NCBI GenBank assembly: GCA_963666055.2
Contig: CAXWPH010000015.1
Location: forward strand, 1,344,001-1,408,000
Origin: Acidobacteriota bacterium
GTDB lineage: Bacteria; Acidobacteriota; UBA890; WLXD01
Direction: 5' to 3'
Length of the DNA stretch: 64,000 bases
This document shows positions 50,827 to 59,561 of the stretch, piece by piece (the stretch's first letter is position 1; each line of letters begins with the position of its first letter). The notes beneath the pieces are model-generated. The model saw only the letters and a program-made list of their open reading frames with translations. It ran no database searches and had not been told where the DNA came from. The translations under genes and the position numbers were made by a program.

Positions 50827-53642
50827 CGACCTGGCGGCGAGGGCCGCAGGGTGAGGATGAGGGTGGGATCGAGGGGGTAGCGTCCAAAGTGGGCGCCGTA
50901 GAGGGCCAGCCCGCCGGGCAGCGCGGCGTCAACCTCGAGCCGGACCGTGAAGACCCCATCGGTCGCCGCCTGCGCCACGGCTGGGCGCGGAATCGGCACG
51001 TGGAGCCGCTCGCCATACGACCCCGCCTCCCGCAGCCGCCGGTCCCCGAGCTGGGCGTGCCAGGAGAGGATGCCGCGATGATCGGCGGGGTCGTCGGGCA
51101 GCTCGTAACGCCCGGCCACCGCCCCGTTTATGTGCACCGTGACAGCGCTCGGGAAGCGGGTTTCATCGGTCATCGGGTAGGAGTTGGGGTTGCGGCTGGG
51201 GTCGAGCGTACCTCCGCCCCGCATGTAGTCGTCCCCCAGGCGCTCGCTGTCGTCGCGGTCCTTGCCGAAAAGTTGTTTGGCCGAGGCCTCGAACACCAAG
51301 GCAGCGGCGTCCACCTCCTCCAGCAGTAGGTCATCCGGCCAGGGAATCTGATATTCGAAGTAACCCGCGCCGGCGCCGTTCACCTTCAGCCCATCGAGCA
51401 CCTGCCACTGTTTGAGCGACCAGTCGGCCTGCACGAAAGCGCCCGGCTCGAAGCGGAGCAAGCGGGCCGTTCTGCCGTTCGCAAGCCGCATTTCATCCGA
51501 TTTCGTGCCCTCGACGACGAAGGTCGTGAAGTTGCGGTGCTGCACCTTGCCCGTCGCATCTTCGAGCGTCAGCGCCAGCACGGCCACGGCAGGCGCGTCC
51601 GGCATCGGCACGGCGAGCGGCTCCAGTGCCCGGCTCATCCAGGGCTGGTAGGGGATCGTCCGAGCGGTCGTGTAGAAGTTCTGCTGCTGGCCCAGCGCAT
51701 CCCATCCGTAGAGGCGGACGCGGAGCGTCAGGGTGTCGCCGTAGGCGGGGCTGCCCGTCATGAAGGAAGCCCAGAGCGGTACCTCGACCGTCGTGCCCGC
51801 CGCCACGGCGCGGCTGAGGTCGCCGCCGGGGGCGATGTAGAGAGGGGCGTGCAGATCGGCCAGCGTCATGCCTTCGACGAGGGCGGCAAGGCCGGTTTCC
51901 TTCTCCGAGCGGTCGTAACGCCAGTAGCCGTTCCACTCGTTGACCACGTCGTGGTGTTCGGTATAGAGCCAGCCCGCAATGCGCGGATGCCGCCGGAAGG
52001 CGTTGACGGCGCGGTGATAGTCCCAACTCCAATCGACATCGCCGGTGCTGCCCTCGTAACCCCAGACGTTGCCGAATTCGCTGTTGATGTTCGGCTGACG
52101 AGCTTGCGTATAGCCTGACTCGAAGTTCCAGGTCGAGCCCGGAAACGTGTTCCGGGTGATCTCGTCGAGGTATTCCTCCCACTCCCAGCCGGGCCGGTAG
52201 GAATGCCACGAGTTGAGATCGGTCTCGGTGTGGCCGACTCCGCAGCAGGGTGAGTTGTCCTCCACCAGCCTCGTGGGGTCGAGGCCTCTGGCCAGATCGA
52301 CCATCGAGACGACCCATTTCTGCGTCTCTGGCAAGTACTGACGCTGTGGGCGTCCCCCCGTATAGAGCCCCCACGTTTCGTTGAAGAGCACCCAGGAGAA
52401 GATGGCGGGATGGTTGTAGTCGCGCCGGATCATCTGGCGGAGCGCGTATTCGACCTCGCCCCGCATCGCATCATCCGGCTCGCCCCAGCTGTTGGGCACA
52501 TCAGCCATGATGAGTAGGCCAAGCCGGTCGGCCCAGTAGAGCTTGCGCGGAATCCCGATCTTGACGTGGATGCGCTGCCCGTTCAGCCCGATCCGGCGCG
52601 ACCGCAAGATCTCGTCGCGCATGAAGTCATCACTCGGAAAGGTATAGAAGCCCTGTGGGTGATACGCCTGATCGAGCGCCAGCTGCAGATAGAGCGGCTC
52701 GCCGTTGAGCGCCACGTAGGGTATGTCGGCCCCCGGCAAATCGACCACCGAGATCTCGCGCATGCCGAAATACGTCTGCACCCGATCCGCGGCCAAGTTC
52801 GCCCCCTCGAGCCGGGCTTCGACTTCGTAGAGAAACGGATCTCCGAGCGACCACAGCCGCGCATCGGGGATGTGTACGTCGAATGTTACCGACTCGGTCC
52901 CAGCAGGCACCGGGTGGCTGACGGGTGCAACGCCGCCCGTTCGAAACGTCAGCCGCAGCGTCAAGTCGGCAGGTGCGGGCTCCAGGAGATACGCGGTCAC
53001 GGTGGCCTTGTCGGCAGCCAGGTCGGGGGTAAAGTGGACGGCGTCGAGGGGGGCGTCGCCGCGCGCTTCCAGGTAGGGCGTCTGCCAGATACCGCGTGCG
53101 GGGCCATAGCCCTGTTTGCCCTCCAACTTGAACGGATGCGGCGTGTCGTCGACGCGAAGCACAAGGCGTTGGGTCGCACCGGGACGTATGTGTGAGGTCA
53201 GCTCGAAGGCGAAAGGGGTGTAGCCGCCCTGATGGTCGCCCAGCTCGTGCCCATCGAGCCAGGCCGTCGTGCGCCAGTCGCTCGCCCCGACGACGAGGAA
53301 GACCCGCCGCCCGGCCCAGGCCACTGGGACTTCGACGCTGCGGGCGTACCAGCCGATGTCAGCTTCGTCGGTCACCCCAGAGAGCGGCGCGCCCCACGAG
53401 AACGGCACGAGGATCTCTTGCTCGAACGTTGCCGAGCCCCGCTCCCACGCCCTCTGCATGCCGTCATCCTGCGGATCAAAGCGAAACGACCACGGCCCGT
53501 TGAGGTTGCGCCATTGCGGGCGTTCGAAGTCGGGGCGAGGGTGTTCCGGCAGCGGGATGTCTTGCGCGGCTGCCGTGAGAGGCACAACGAGCACCAGCAG
53601 CGCGAGAGTGGCCCGCCGCAAACGGTTTTCGAAGCTCGTCAT
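50823..53642 (-). CDS. Glycoside hydrolase family 2
   Basis: EHPRPDF.R..W.NLNG.W, HQGGYTPF, GIWQT, NHPAIFSWVLFNE and NSEFG. Confidence 0.9.
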   Translation of the reverse strand: MTSFENRLRRATLALLVLVVPLTAAAQDIPLPEHPRPDFERPQWRNLNGPWSFRFDPQDDGMQRAWERGSATFEQEILVPFSWGAPLSGVTDEADIGWYARSVEVPVAWAGRRVFLVVGASDWRTTAWLDGHELGDHQGGYTPFAFELTSHIRPGATQRLVLRVDDTPHPFKLEGKQGYGPARGIWQTPYLEARGDAPLDAVHFTPDLAADKATVTAYLLEPAPADLTLRLTFRTGGVAPVSHPVPAGTESVTFDVHIPDARLWSLGDPFLYEVEARLEGANLAADRVQTYFGMREISVVDLPGADIPYVALNGEPLYLQLALDQAYHPQGFYTFPSDDFMRDEILRSRRIGLNGQRIHVKIGIPRKLYWADRLGLLIMADVPNSWGEPDDAMRGEVEYALRQMIRRDYNHPAIFSWVLFNETWGLYTGGRPQRQYLPETQKWVVSMVDLARGLDPTRLVEDNSPCCGVGHTETDLNSWHSYRPGWEWEEYLDEITRNTFPGSTWNFESGYTQARQPNINSEFGNVWGYEGSTGDVDWSWDYHRAVNAFRRHPRIAGWLYTEHHDVVNEWNGYWRYDRSEKETGLAALVEGMTLADLHAPLYIAPGGDLSRAVAAGTTVEVPLWASFMTGSPAYGDTLTLRVRLYGWDALGQQQNFYTTARTIPYQPWMSRALEPLAVPMPDAPAVAVLALTLEDATGKVQHRNFTTFVVEGTKSDEMRLANGRTARLLRFEPGAFVQADWSLKQWQVLDGLKVNGAGAGYFEYQIPWPDDLLLEEVDAAALVFEASAKQLFGKDRDDSERLGDDYMRGGGTLDPSRNPNSYPMTDETRFPSAVTVHINGAVAGRYELPDDPADHRGILSWHAQLGDRRLREAGSYGERLHVPIPRPAVAQAATDGVFTVRLEVDAALPGGLALYGAHFGRYPLDPTLILTLRPSPPGR

Positions 53643-53699
53643 GATGTGGAATCCGGGGCCGAGGTCGTGCCAAGTCCGCCGAGCTCATCTTACTGGGCG

Positions 53700-53869
53700 C
53701 TAGCAGGCCGTGGTGGAAGTGTCGTGGGTGGGTGACAGCCGAGCAGCGGTACTCTCCGCCAGAGGCCTCCCGTCAACCTCCGTTGGATCTCGCACGCGCT
53801 GACGATAGGCTTCAGGCGCTCATCCAAACCGCTTTGTTAGCGCACCACACTTTCACCACGGCCTGTTAG
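53700..53869. mobile_element. MITE-like element with the same TIRs as 7252-7427 but a different interior
   Basis: CTAGCAGGCCGTGGTGGAAGTGT...CACCACACTTTCACCACGGCCTGTTAG. Confidence 0.78.
53783..53843 (+). promoter_or_regulatory. Kinase-family promoter/leader, copy D, inside the MITE
   Basis: TTGGAT-N17-TAGGCT-TCAGGCGCTCATCCAAACCGCTTTGTTAGCGC; aligns with 59501-59561 and 15805-15867. Confidence 0.72.
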
Positions 53870-53892
53870 GGGCGGCGCCCCGATCGAGCGAA

Positions 53893-54681
53893 ATGACTAT
53901 GCGCCGATTCATCCGTCTATCATCCTTGTGGCTCTGTGCCTTTTCGCTGTTCGCTCCCTACGAAGAGGGCGTGGCGCAAGGCCTTGGAGATCATCAGTAC
54001 ACCAGCGCCGATATCGAAGCGGGCTCCCGGCTTTACGCGGCGGAGTGCGCGTTGTGCCATGCACCGACCGGCGACGGTGTGGACGGCGTAAATCTCAGAC
54101 TCGGACAGTTCCGCCAGCCGCTGTCGGATTTCGCTCTCCGCCAGCTGATCACAACAGGGCTGGCCGAGGCGCGCATGCCTGGTTTCGATTTTGACCCGAC
54201 CGAGCTCGACGCAATCGTGGCGTTCATCCGGTCGGGGTTCGATCCTGAGGGCACGGCGGTCAAGGTCGGTGAGGCGACTCGCGGGCGGGTGCTCTTCGAA
54301 GCGGAAGACGGTTGCGCTTCGTGCCATCGCGTCAACGGACGGGGCCCCCGGACCGCGCCGGATCTCAGTGACATTGGCTCCGTTCGCACGCCCGCCGCAC
54401 TGCAGCGGGCCCTGCTCGATCCGGCCGCCGCCCTCTTGCCGATCAACCGACCCGTGCGAGCCGTGACACGCGTTGGCGAGACCATCAGCGGTAGGCGGTT
54501 GAACGAGGACACGTACACGGTGCAACTGATCGATTCGGAGGGGCGACTACGTTCGCTCCTGAAGGCCGATCTGGTGGAGTTCGAGGTGAGTCGATCACCG
54601 ACGATGGAGCCGACGACGCTCTCCAGCGACGAGGTCGCGGATGTCATCGGGTACCTGCTCTCGCTGAGAGGCCTCCAATGA
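53893..54681 (+). CDS. Diheme c-type cytochrome
   Basis: CALCH and CASCH heme motifs; signal peptide. Confidence 0.88.
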   Translation: MTMRRFIRLSSLWLCAFSLFAPYEEGVAQGLGDHQYTSADIEAGSRLYAAECALCHAPTGDGVDGVNLRLGQFRQPLSDFALRQLITTGLAEARMPGFDFDPTELDAIVAFIRSGFDPEGTAVKVGEATRGRVLFEAEDGCASCHRVNGRGPRTAPDLSDIGSVRTPAALQRALLDPAAALLPINRPVRAVTRVGETISGRRLNEDTYTVQLIDSEGRLRSLLKADLVEFEVSRSPTMEPTTLSSDEVADVIGYLLSLRGLQ

Positions 54682-56336
54682 ACACCGTCCAACGCACGAT
54701 GCTGTTGGGGCTCGTCGTCGGAGGTCTGGTGGCGCCCCATCAGCTACTGGCGCAGGTATCGTACGAGCAGATCCTGAGCGCAGCCGACGAGCCGGACAAC
54801 TGGCTCACCTACAACGGCACATACGCGAGTCAGCGCTACAGTCGTCTCGACCAGATCACGGCGTCGAACGTCGACGACTTGGAGCTGAAGTGGATGCTCC
54901 AGAATCAGGCATTCGGGGCCTGGCAGTCGAACCCGATCGTCGTCGACGGAATCATGTACGTCACCGAGCGACCCAACGATGTCATGGCCGTCGATGCCGT
55001 CACCGGGCGGGTCTTCTGGATGTACCGGTACACCAACGCCCCGAACGCTACCGTGTGCTGCGGCGCCAACAACCGCGGCGTGGCGGTGCTCGACGACAAG
55101 GTGTTCATGGGCACCTTGGATGCGCATCTCATCGCCCTCGATGCGATCAATGGTCAACCGCTGTGGAAGGTCGAAGTCGGGGACGTGAATCTCGCCTACT
55201 CGATCACCATGGCGCCCCTGGTCGTGAAGGACAAAGTGATCGTCGGCGTTGGGGGAGGTGAGTTCGGGATACGAGGCTACATCGCGGCGTACGACGCCGA
55301 CACCGGCGAGGAGGCATGGCGCTTCTACACGATTCCCGGTCCCGGCGAGCCTGGCCACGAGACCTGGGAGGGTGACGACTGGGAGCACGGTGGTGCGCCC
55401 GTGTGGATCACGGGCTCGTACGACCCCGAGCTCAACCTGACGTACTGGGGCGTGGGCAACCCGGGTCCCGATTGGAACGCCGACCAGCGTCCGGGCGACA
55501 ACCTCTACTCGGACACGGTGGTGGCCCTCGACGCCGACACCGGTGAGCTGAAGTGGCACTTCCAGTTCACCCCGAACGATGGTTACGACTACGACTCGGT
55601 TCAGGTCCCCGTGCTGGTCGACATGGACTGGAACGGGGTGCCTCGGAACTTGATGTTGTGGGCGAATCGCAACGGTTACTTCTACGTGCTCGATCGCGTC
55701 ACCGGCGAGTTCCTATTGGGGGAGCCGTTCGTCAAGGTGAACTGGTCGAGCGGTCTGGACGACACCGGAAGGCCGATGCCGACGCCTCAGCCGGAGGGCT
55801 CTCCCACGTGGCCGGGCAACCAAGGTGGCACCAACTGGTATCCGCCCTCCTACAGCCCGCGGACGGGGCTGTTCTACTTTGCCGCCTGGGAGGACTACGC
55901 GACGATCTATCGGAAGGAAGTTTCCGAGTATGAACCGGGCCGCCCCTACCTTGGCGGTGGCTTCAGGGTGCTCGCACCGGCGCCTGGCGCGCCGACGATC
56001 GGTATCGGACGATCCTCCCCGATCAACAACTGGACCGACGAGGTCGGACACGGTGCGGTGATCGCCATGGACCCGCTCACCGGCGAGCCGCGGTGGAAGT
56101 TCGATCAATTCGACGTCAGCGACAGCGGCATGCTGACTACGGCGTCGGACTTGCTGTTCACCGGTGGCCGTGAGGGCTACTTCTACGCGATCGACGCGCG
56201 TAGCGGGGAGCTGCTGTGGAAAGCGAGCCTCGGCGGGCAGATCGTGATGGCACCGATCACGTTCATGGTCGATGGACAGCAATACGTCTCGGTGATCTCC
56301 GGGCACACGCTGGTGACGTTCGGTCTGCCCGACTAA
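54678..56336 (+). CDS. PQQ-dependent alcohol dehydrogenase (methanol/ethanol family)
   Basis: QRYSRLDQI, vicinal CC, GGEFG.RG, WGVGNPGP, GDNLY and TPNDGYDYD. Confidence 0.92.
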   Translation: MNTVQRTMLLGLVVGGLVAPHQLLAQVSYEQILSAADEPDNWLTYNGTYASQRYSRLDQITASNVDDLELKWMLQNQAFGAWQSNPIVVDGIMYVTERPNDVMAVDAVTGRVFWMYRYTNAPNATVCCGANNRGVAVLDDKVFMGTLDAHLIALDAINGQPLWKVEVGDVNLAYSITMAPLVVKDKVIVGVGGGEFGIRGYIAAYDADTGEEAWRFYTIPGPGEPGHETWEGDDWEHGGAPVWITGSYDPELNLTYWGVGNPGPDWNADQRPGDNLYSDTVVALDADTGELKWHFQFTPNDGYDYDSVQVPVLVDMDWNGVPRNLMLWANRNGYFYVLDRVTGEFLLGEPFVKVNWSSGLDDTGRPMPTPQPEGSPTWPGNQGGTNWYPPSYSPRTGLFYFAAWEDYATIYRKEVSEYEPGRPYLGGGFRVLAPAPGAPTIGIGRSSPINNWTDEVGHGAVIAMDPLTGEPRWKFDQFDVSDSGMLTTASDLLFTGGREGYFYAIDARSGELLWKASLGGQIVMAPITFMVDGQQYVSVISGHTLVTFGLPD

Positions 56337-56401
56337 GCGGCCCGAGAAAGATAACCGTTCGAGACATGATGCCCGTCGAATCCAAGAGAAGGAGATCGTC
56401 G

Positions 56402-58642
56402 ATGACCAAGAGCGACTACTCGCCTCGGGTTCCCGATCTCTTTTTGGCGTTGGCCATCGCGTGCCTGCCGGTTTGGAGCACTGTCGCTGCCGCCGGCGCT
56501 GTTCCCACGTCGTTGTCGGCGCTGACCCAGGCGCCGCCCGTGCAGAGGCCGACGTTCCGATCGTCGGTCACCCGCGTGCGCGTCGATACCATCGTTACCG
56601 ACAGCGACGGGAACTTCATAGACGACCTGAGAGCAGAGGATTTCCGGGTCTTCGAGGACGGCGTCGAGCAGGAGATCGTCGATGTCCAGCTCACCAGCCT
56701 CAGGAGTGGGCAGATTACCAACGTCGGCTCGCGCGGCGACATGAACACAGACTCGCTGTCCATTCCGCCAAACCCCGCAAGTCTGGGCGCCATCGTTTAC
56801 TTCATTGACCTACCCAGCTTGGATCGGACAAGCCAGCCGCAGCTCGTGCAGACATTTCAGGACTTCTTCGAAGGAGAGGGCGACCTGGACGTCCCGCAGG
56901 GCGTGTTCATGCTCGACAACACCGGCAGGATTCATGAGCTGGCGCCGCTTACGACCGATCGGGAAGCACTCCGCAACGCGGCGGAGATGGTGTCCAACGC
57001 GGGGGCGTCGACCAGCTCGATCTTCAGCCGGATGACGCGCGAGTACGCGCCGATAATGAAGACGGCGATCGACGCGTTGAATTCTGCGGGCACCGTGACC
57101 TCGGCGAACGAGTCGATTTCTATCCCCGTGCGCGAAGTCATCCTGAGCTTGGAGCGCAAGGCACAGAGAGATGGCGAGATTGAGCGTAAGCGCGCCGAGC
57201 AGACGCTCAAGAGACTCATCGAGCTCACCCACGCTCTGTCGGCGATGGAGGGTCGCAGCGCTCTGGTGTGGATCTCCTCGGGTGCGATGATCACCGAGGG
57301 CGGGCCCTACGCGGCCTTCGCAGCGGCAGTGCGCGAGGCCGTCGGTGCGGAGGTAAGAGCCTCGGCGTTGACCAGGTCATCGCCCGATCGTCGGATCCTC
57401 GGCCTGATGGAGCAGCTCTACGAAGTCGCGAATACCGGCAACGTCAGCATCTACACCATCGATCCCCGACCGATCTCGGAGCTCGGCACCCTCGGCACTA
57501 GAGCAGGAGTCGGCAACAACCAGGTCTCCATCGCGCTGCGGCGAAACGTGCGCCCGGCGTACGGCGACCTAACGGCACCACTCGTTGAGGTGGCCACCAA
57601 GACTGGCGGGTGCGCCTTTATCGGGTGGGCTGATCTCGATCGAGCCTTCGAGGAGCAGTACAACGACTCGACCCAGTTCTACCTGATCTTCTACGAGCCG
57701 CCAGCGCCGCACGAAGACGGGGAGTACCACCAGATCGAGGTACGGGTGGATTCCCCGGATGCCGAGGTACGGGCTCGTCCAGGCTACCGGGAGCTTCCAG
57801 ATTCGGTAACCAAGACCCGCAAGGTAGCCGCTGCGCTGGCTCTGCCCGGCTCGGTGATCGGCCGACCCTTGCCGACCAAGGCTTTCCATCGATTCGCCCC
57901 CGACGGCTCGTCCAAGATCCTCGTAATAGCAGGATTGCCGCGACCCGCGGAAACGGTCACCGGTAGTTGGGCGCCGGCGTTCGGGCGAGTCGATCCGGAA
58001 GAGGACCTTCCCGAGGAGATGATCGAGAGACTCGGCATCTCGCTTTTCAGCGTGCATGCGATCGCCTTGAACCGTGTCAGCGGGGTGAGTGGCGAGACCC
58101 ACGAGGCGGTGCGGCCCGGTGGAGATCTGGGAACGCAGGCGCTGGGCGCGTCGTCACGGTACTTCCACTACACGACGGAATGGTCGGTCGGCCCCGGCAC
58201 CTACGAAGTTCGCATGTTGGTGGCCGAAGAAGTCGGTGATCGCCTGGGTACCTCCAGGCTAGAGGTCGATGTTCCGCCGAGCGAGAATCAATGGCTGATG
58301 GCGGATCCGATGCTCGTGGCGGTGGATACGGGCGCCGGGCTGCTCAGACCCTTGCTGACCGAGAGCGTGCCGGTTGGTACCCGGGTTGCTGTAAGCGTTC
58401 AAGTCAGCGGGGCGGTCGGCCCGCATGTTGCGGCTACGATCCGGTATACAACTACGCAGCAGACCATCGTCGAAGTATCGGCCAAGGCGCTACCGCTCGA
58501 GAGCCCGAGCGTGCACGGCGGTGTTCTTCCTCTGCCGTATCTCGACCCCGGTGAGTACCTGGTCGAGTTGCAGATCGTAGATGCGACAGCTGAAGAGCAG
58601 GCGGTTCGGATGTTACCGCTGCACATAGTGGAGGCCAACTAG
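56402..58642 (+). CDS. Acidobacteria-type VWA domain protein
   Basis: PTFRS.V..V.VD.IVTD.DG.FI.DL..EDF.VFEDG.EQ, TGG, and DGEYH.IEV.V....VRARPGY. Confidence 0.8.
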   Translation: MTKSDYSPRVPDLFLALAIACLPVWSTVAAAGAVPTSLSALTQAPPVQRPTFRSSVTRVRVDTIVTDSDGNFIDDLRAEDFRVFEDGVEQEIVDVQLTSLRSGQITNVGSRGDMNTDSLSIPPNPASLGAIVYFIDLPSLDRTSQPQLVQTFQDFFEGEGDLDVPQGVFMLDNTGRIHELAPLTTDREALRNAAEMVSNAGASTSSIFSRMTREYAPIMKTAIDALNSAGTVTSANESISIPVREVILSLERKAQRDGEIERKRAEQTLKRLIELTHALSAMEGRSALVWISSGAMITEGGPYAAFAAAVREAVGAEVRASALTRSSPDRRILGLMEQLYEVANTGNVSIYTIDPRPISELGTLGTRAGVGNNQVSIALRRNVRPAYGDLTAPLVEVATKTGGCAFIGWADLDRAFEEQYNDSTQFYLIFYEPPAPHEDGEYHQIEVRVDSPDAEVRARPGYRELPDSVTKTRKVAAALALPGSVIGRPLPTKAFHRFAPDGSSKILVIAGLPRPAETVTGSWAPAFGRVDPEEDLPEEMIERLGISLFSVHAIALNRVSGVSGETHEAVRPGGDLGTQALGASSRYFHYTTEWSVGPGTYEVRMLVAEEVGDRLGTSRLEVDVPPSENQWLMADPMLVAVDTGAGLLRPLLTESVPVGTRVAVSVQVSGAVGPHVAATIRYTTTQQTIVEVSAKALPLESPSVHGGVLPLPYLDPGEYLVELQIVDATAEEQAVRMLPLHIVEAN

Positions 58643-58666
58643 CGGGCGCCGGCGCATGGTTGCCTG

Positions 58667-58927
58667 CTAGGCGGCGGACTGCCGTGTGATCCACTCTGCC
58701 AGAACGATCTTCATCAGCGATTGGTAAGGGACGTCGCGCCGATTAGCCTCTCGTTTGAGCTCGTCCAGCAACCAACTTGGCATGCGCATGGTGACTCGCG
58801 AGGTGGACGGCTTCAGAGCCGGAAACACCGCAGGACGTGGGCTGCTGAAGTCCACGAACTGCTCGAGACGATCGGCCTGGCTCTCGAGGTAGGCTGCCTC
58901 GTCGCGGTTCTTCTTCATCGTACCCAT
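58667..58927 (-). CDS. BrnA/CopG-like RHH antitoxin
   Basis: FP.LKPST..VTMRMP..LL..LK.EANRRDVPYQSLMK. Confidence 0.85.
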   Translation of the reverse strand: MGTMKKNRDEAAYLESQADRLEQFVDFSSPRPAVFPALKPSTSRVTMRMPSWLLDELKREANRRDVPYQSLMKIVLAEWITRQSAA

Positions 58928-59203
58928 CTCCTGTACTTGCGCTTAGTCGTCCACGCGGTAATCGGCCGGATCCGATCCTCACGAACAGTGAATGGCACGG
59001 TAATGTGCCGACCGTCGTCGGTGAGGCCAATGAGCCAGAAGCGTGGCTCGGAGTCTGAATGCTGCTGGTCCGGAAAGTAGGTTCCGCGACCATTCAGGAA
59101 CGCGCTCTCGACATCGGCAACGGCGAACCTTCGAGACTTTATCTTGCTGAGGTTGGCTGCATCCCAATCTGGATTCCGCCCTGGCGCGGCCGATTGTGGA
59201 CAT
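58915..59203 (-). CDS. BrnT family toxin; apparent frameshift near 59172
   Basis: DWD..N, HS..EPRF..IG.T..GR and FTVRE..IRPI.A. Confidence 0.78.
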
Positions 59204-59447
59204 AGATCACGAGAGGAGAACACACGTGGTTGTCTCAAAGGGTGACAAGAACAGAGCGAAGGGCGTGGAATGGGTGGGCATCGGCGTTGCACTCGGCGTG
59301 GCGCTGGGGGCGGCCATGGACAATATCGGCGCCGGTATCGCGATTGGCGTCGCCATTGGTGCGGCCCTGGCTGCAGGTCAGCGCGGCAGAAAGTCGAGCG
59401 CCGGACAGGCAGACGAAGATGAGACAGGCGGAAAGCCACCGGAGTAA
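59196..59447 (+). CDS. Small glycine-zipper membrane protein
   Basis: GIGVALGVALGAAMDNIGAGIAIGVAIG; start uncertain. Confidence 0.65.
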   Translation: MDIDHERRTHVVVSKGDKNRAKGVEWVGIGVALGVALGAAMDNIGAGIAIGVAIGAALAAGQRGRKSSAGQADEDETGGKPPE

Positions 59448-59500
59448 CCGAACCCGTGGCACCCTCGGCCGTATCTGGCGAGCTCACGCGGTTCCCTCCA

Positions 59501-59561
59501 TTGGATCTCGCACGCTCCGACGATACGCTTAGGCGCTTACCCACACCGCTTTGGTACCGAC
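59501..59561 (+). promoter_or_regulatory. Kinase-family promoter/leader, copy E (native position)
   Basis: TTGGAT-N17-TACGCT, 32 nt upstream of the kinase ATG. Confidence 0.65.

Noticed and set aside
2508-55559. Long antisense or alternate-frame ORFs (e.g. 2508-3962, 34378-35640, 35965-37548, 54744-55559)
   Set aside because: Shadow ORFs expected in high-GC DNA, overlapping well-supported genes and lacking family motifs
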